A stretch of 16,190 nucleotides of DNA, from assembly GCA_045599485.1 (NCBI GenBank), contig JAZRWA010000101.1, forward strand, positions 1 to 16,190. Direction: 5' to 3'. Position 1 is the first letter of the stretch. Each line of letters begins with the position of its first letter. A program made the translations under genes and the position numbers. This document shows positions 13,751 to 16,190 of this stretch, piece after piece. This DNA is from Clostridia bacterium. GTDB taxonomy: Bacteria; Bacillota; Clostridia; Christensenellales; Aristaeellaceae. A model generated the notes under the pieces. It saw only the letters and a list, made by a program, of their open reading frames with translations. It made no database searches and was not told the DNA's origin.

Positions 13751-14221
13751 ATGAAAAAAGTGATTTGCCTGCTCACCGCCCTTTTGCTGCTATGCTGCGG
13801 TGCTGCGGCAGAGGAGACGCTGACGCTGGGGCCCACGGGGCTTCAGTGGCAGCTGCCCGAAGCATATGAGGCCGTGGAACTGAGCGAATATCAGCTGCGT
13901 CAGGGACAGGTGGCCTATCTGCTGAACAGGGATGACCTTATCATTCTCTACCTGACCAAGCAGGAAGAAAAAACGCTGGACGAGGCATTGTATGACTATG
14001 TGCGGGACGGTTCGCTGGAAAGCGGCGAGCTGGGCACCTATGCGGACCACCGTTTTGTGTACAGCCTGCACGAAGCCGAAAACGAAGCCGGTCTTTGGCA
14101 CATCGCTTTTGTGCTGAGCTTGCATGACAGCGTGCAGATCACCTTCGCCCTGCGCTCCCATGAACCGGTCACCGCGGAGCGCATGACATCCCTGCTAAGC
14201 AGCCTGACTTTGGCGGAATAA
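13751..14221 (+). CDS. Secreted hypothetical protein (signal peptide)
   Basis: 156 aa with an AAGGGGAG RBS. MKKVICLLTALLLLCCGAAA/EE looks like a signal peptidase I type peptide and is not a canonical lipobox. It starts 13 nt after the upstream gene. Confidence 0.7.
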   Translation: MKKVICLLTALLLLCCGAAAEETLTLGPTGLQWQLPEAYEAVELSEYQLRQGQVAYLLNRDDLIILYLTKQEEKTLDEALYDYVRDGSLESGELGTYADHRFVYSLHEAENEAGLWHIAFVLSLHDSVQITFALRSHEPVTAERMTSLLSSLTLAE

Positions 14222-14235
14222 CCCATTGCACTTTC

Positions 14236-14267
14236 GGGGGCGGCAGCGCCGCCCCTTTTATTGTTTT
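14236..14267 (+). terminator. Rho-independent terminator
   Basis: GGGGCGGC-AGC-GCCGCCCC (14237-14255) followed by TTTTATTGTTTT. Confidence 0.85.
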
Positions 14268-14281
14268 CAAGAGAGAAAAAC

Positions 14282-15082
14282 ATGCTGAAATACAAGGATG
14301 AGATCGCGGGCAACACCGATACAGGGCTGCTCAAATGGCTGGCACTGATCTTTATGATCATCGACCATGTCGGCGTACGCTTTTGCGGCAACATGCTGGA
14401 AATGCGTATTCTCGGACGTATCGCCTTTCCGCTGTACTGCTGGTGCATCGTGGTGGGTGCCTGTCACACGCGCAGTATGCCGCGCTATGCCCTGCGGCTG
14501 CTGATCGCGGCAGTCATCTCCCAGCCGCTGTACATGCTGGGCATGCATCATGCCTGGCGGAACGGCAATGTCTTTTTTACGCTGCTGCTGGGGTTGATGG
14601 GCATCTGGGGCATGCGTGAAAACAGGTCGGGCTCCCGCCTGTGGGCACCTGCGGCGGTGCTGCTGATGACATCGGTATACAGCACCGATTACGGCTGGAA
14701 GGGCGTGCTGCTCATGATGCTTTTGTATCTGGCAAGGGAACGCCGCGGCGCCATCGCCGCCGTAATGATCGCCTTCTGCGCCTTCTGGGGTCAGGGCACC
14801 ACCGCTGTCAATGCCCTTTTCGGCATGAAGCTTTCGCGCATTCCCTATCTCGGAGACTTTTTTGCTCTCAACTTTGTATCACCCTTTTTGCACCTGCAGG
14901 CCATGGCGCTGCTGGCACTTCCCCTGATCCTGATCCGAAATAAACGCCGCACCCACTTCCCCCGCTGGGCGGCCTACGCGGCTTACCCCGCGCACCTACT
15001 GATCATCTGGCTGATTCAGCTGCTGACAGGCATGCTGACCCTTCAAAGCGCGTTGCCCGTGCTGTTCCCCTTCCTGTCGTGA
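14282..15082 (+). CDS. TraX family membrane protein
   Basis: ORF 14261..15082. The start is moved to MLKYK (ATG 14282) because the first ATG lies inside the terminator T-tract. The signature LLKWLALIFMIIDHVGVRF and multiple TM helices are typical of TraX (PF05857-like). Confidence 0.75.
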   Translation: MLKYKDEIAGNTDTGLLKWLALIFMIIDHVGVRFCGNMLEMRILGRIAFPLYCWCIVVGACHTRSMPRYALRLLIAAVISQPLYMLGMHHAWRNGNVFFTLLLGLMGIWGMRENRSGSRLWAPAAVLLMTSVYSTDYGWKGVLLMMLLYLARERRGAIAAVMIAFCAFWGQGTTAVNALFGMKLSRIPYLGDFFALNFVSPFLHLQAMALLALPLILIRNKRRTHFPRWAAYAAYPAHLLIIWLIQLLTGMLTLQSALPVLFPFLS

Positions 15083-15112
15083 CCGTATCGCTGTTTTGCT
15101 TTTGTTTATGGT

Positions 15113-15141
15113 TTGACAAGCGGAATAAAGACGGATATAAT
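15113..15141 (+). promoter_or_regulatory. Consensus sigma-A promoter of asnA
   Basis: TTGACA (15113-15118), 17 nt, then TATAAT (15136-15141). GGGAGG RBS 8 nt before the ATG at 15180. Confidence 0.8.
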
Positions 15142-15179
15142 AAGCTGACTGATTTTGATTTACTGCGGGAGGTAATAAC

Positions 15180-16190
15180 ATGAGCCGCATTGTGATTCCG
15201 GAGGATTATCGCTCCAAGCTGTCTTTGTATGAAACACAGGAAGCGATCTCGCTGATCAAGCAGACATTTGAAAAGTCCATCAGCACGGCACTCAACCTGA
15301 AGCGCGTATCCGCGCCGCTGTTTGTCGATGCCATGAGTGGTCTGAACGACGACCTAAACGGCGTGGAACGCCCCGTCAACTTCAACATCAAGGAAACAGG
15401 CCGTGAAGCACAGGTGGTGCATTCTCTGGCCAAGTGGAAGCGCCAGGCGCTGTATGATTACGGCTTCCCCCGCGGCGAAGGTCTGTACACCGATATGAAC
15501 GCCATCCGCCGCGATGAGGAAATGGACAACCTCCATTCCATTTACGTAGACCAGTGGGACTGGGAAAAGGTCATTGACGAATCCCAGCGCAACCTCAAGA
15601 CCTTGAAGGACGCCATGACCCGCATCGTCACGGCAGTGTGCTGCACGCTTGATTTCCTCAAGTGGCAGTATGACCGTCTGGATGTGCAGCTGTGCCGTGA
15701 CATCAGCTTTGTCACCACGCAGGAGCTGGAGGACATGTACCCCGATCTGACGCCCCGTGAGCGCGAGAACCGTTTTGTGAAGGAGCATCGCACCGCCGGC
15801 ATTCTGCAGATCGGCAACGCGCTGCGCGGCAGCGGCAAGCCGCATGACGGCCGCGCTCCCGACTATGACGACTGGAACCTGAACGGCGACATCATGTTCT
15901 ACGATGATGTGCTGGACTGCGCGCTGGAGATCAGCTCCATGGGCATCCGCGTCTCTCCCGAAGTACTGACGGAGCAGTTGAAAAAGGCCGGCTGTGAAAA
16001 CCGTGCCGAGCTGCCCTTCCACAAAAAGCTGCTGGCGGGCGAGCTGCCCTACACCATGGGCGGCGGTATCGGTCAGAGCCGTCTGTGCATGCTGCTGCTG
16101 GGCAAGGCGCACATCGGCGAGGTGCAGTGCAGCCTGTGGGACAACGATACCCGTGAGACCTGCCGCCGCAACGGCATCATCATACTGTGA
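15180..16190 (+). CDS. asnA: Aspartate--ammonia ligase (asparagine synthetase A)
   Basis: 336 aa, complete, with the TGA stop at 16188-16190. Class II aaRS-like AsnA signatures throughout: YETQEAISLIK, RVSAPLFV, VHSLAKWKR, IYVDQWDWEKVI, SSMGIRV, GGGIGQSRLCMLLL. Confidence 0.95.
   Translation: MSRIVIPEDYRSKLSLYETQEAISLIKQTFEKSISTALNLKRVSAPLFVDAMSGLNDDLNGVERPVNFNIKETGREAQVVHSLAKWKRQALYDYGFPRGEGLYTDMNAIRRDEEMDNLHSIYVDQWDWEKVIDESQRNLKTLKDAMTRIVTAVCCTLDFLKWQYDRLDVQLCRDISFVTTQELEDMYPDLTPRERENRFVKEHRTAGILQIGNALRGSGKPHDGRAPDYDDWNLNGDIMFYDDVLDCALEISSMGIRVSPEVLTEQLKKAGCENRAELPFHKKLLAGELPYTMGGGIGQSRLCMLLLGKAHIGEVQCSLWDNDTRETCRRNGIIIL

Noticed and set aside
14261-14281. Longer N-terminus (MFSREKN) for TraX; similar cases are MWKGGES (1095-1115), MDGYRRIIA (5517-5543) and MIV (6237-6245)
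   Set aside because: The upstream ATGs fall inside a terminator T-tract or directly on or adjacent to the Shine-Dalgarno sequence. The downstream ATGs have properly spaced RBSs and, for the secreted proteins, give canonical signal peptides.
15354-16112. 252-aa ORF on the minus strand
   Set aside because: It is antisense to asnA, which is identified unambiguously on the plus strand.
1-16190. Search for mobile-element or defence hallmarks: integrase/transposase/recombinase ORFs, terminal inverted repeats, a tRNA adjacent to an island, CRISPR-like regularly spaced repeats, toxin-antitoxin pairs, and abrupt GC shifts
   Set aside because: None were found. The composition is uniform apart from short A/T-rich promoter and terminator tracts, and all sizeable ORFs are accounted for by housekeeping-type or hypothetical membrane/secreted proteins.

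Overview
About 16 kb of GC-rich (by eye roughly 58-60%) chromosomal DNA that looks like Firmicutes/Clostridia; an Oscillospiraceae-like gut anaerobe is a guess, not a determination. It is densely coding: I support 18 CDS in about 8 transcription units. Bases 1-8705 are all minus-strand genes and 8987-16190 are all plus-strand genes, diverging from the 8706-8986 intergenic region. Minus strand: a DUF975 membrane protein (partial), a stand-alone degenerate receiver domain, a response regulator (REC + SARP/OmpR-like winged helix), a LytS/YehU-type (His_kinase + HATPase) polytopic sensor kinase, an HdeD/DUF308-like membrane protein, a CX5R tyrosine phosphatase, two secreted proteins (one with 2x SH3b), two small same-frame ORFs separated by a single TAG, and an Amidohydro_3 hydrolase. 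Plus strand: a Zn-dependent PLC/P1-nuclease-like protein, a short divergent ThyX-fold protein, a UMF1/Atg22-type MFS transporter, ComFC, a membrane-anchored protein with a Cys-rich C-terminal module, a secreted protein, TraX and AsnA. I found no tRNA/rRNA, CRISPR array, integrase/transposase, terminal inverted repeats or recognisable defence genes, so this does not look like a mobile or accessory island. The most interesting signal is non-coding. Three minus-strand promoters (upstream of the degenerate receiver, the SH3b operon and the amidohydrolase operon) share a 17-nt element made of GGTAC-type direct repeats with 11-bp periodicity. In each case it sits exactly 10 nt upstream of a TATNNT -10 box and no sigma-A -35 box is present. 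That is the architecture used by PhoB/OmpR/SARP winged-helix activators, and a response regulator of that class is encoded in the window, so I propose a small local regulon. All family calls rest on motif recognition by eye; no searches were run.
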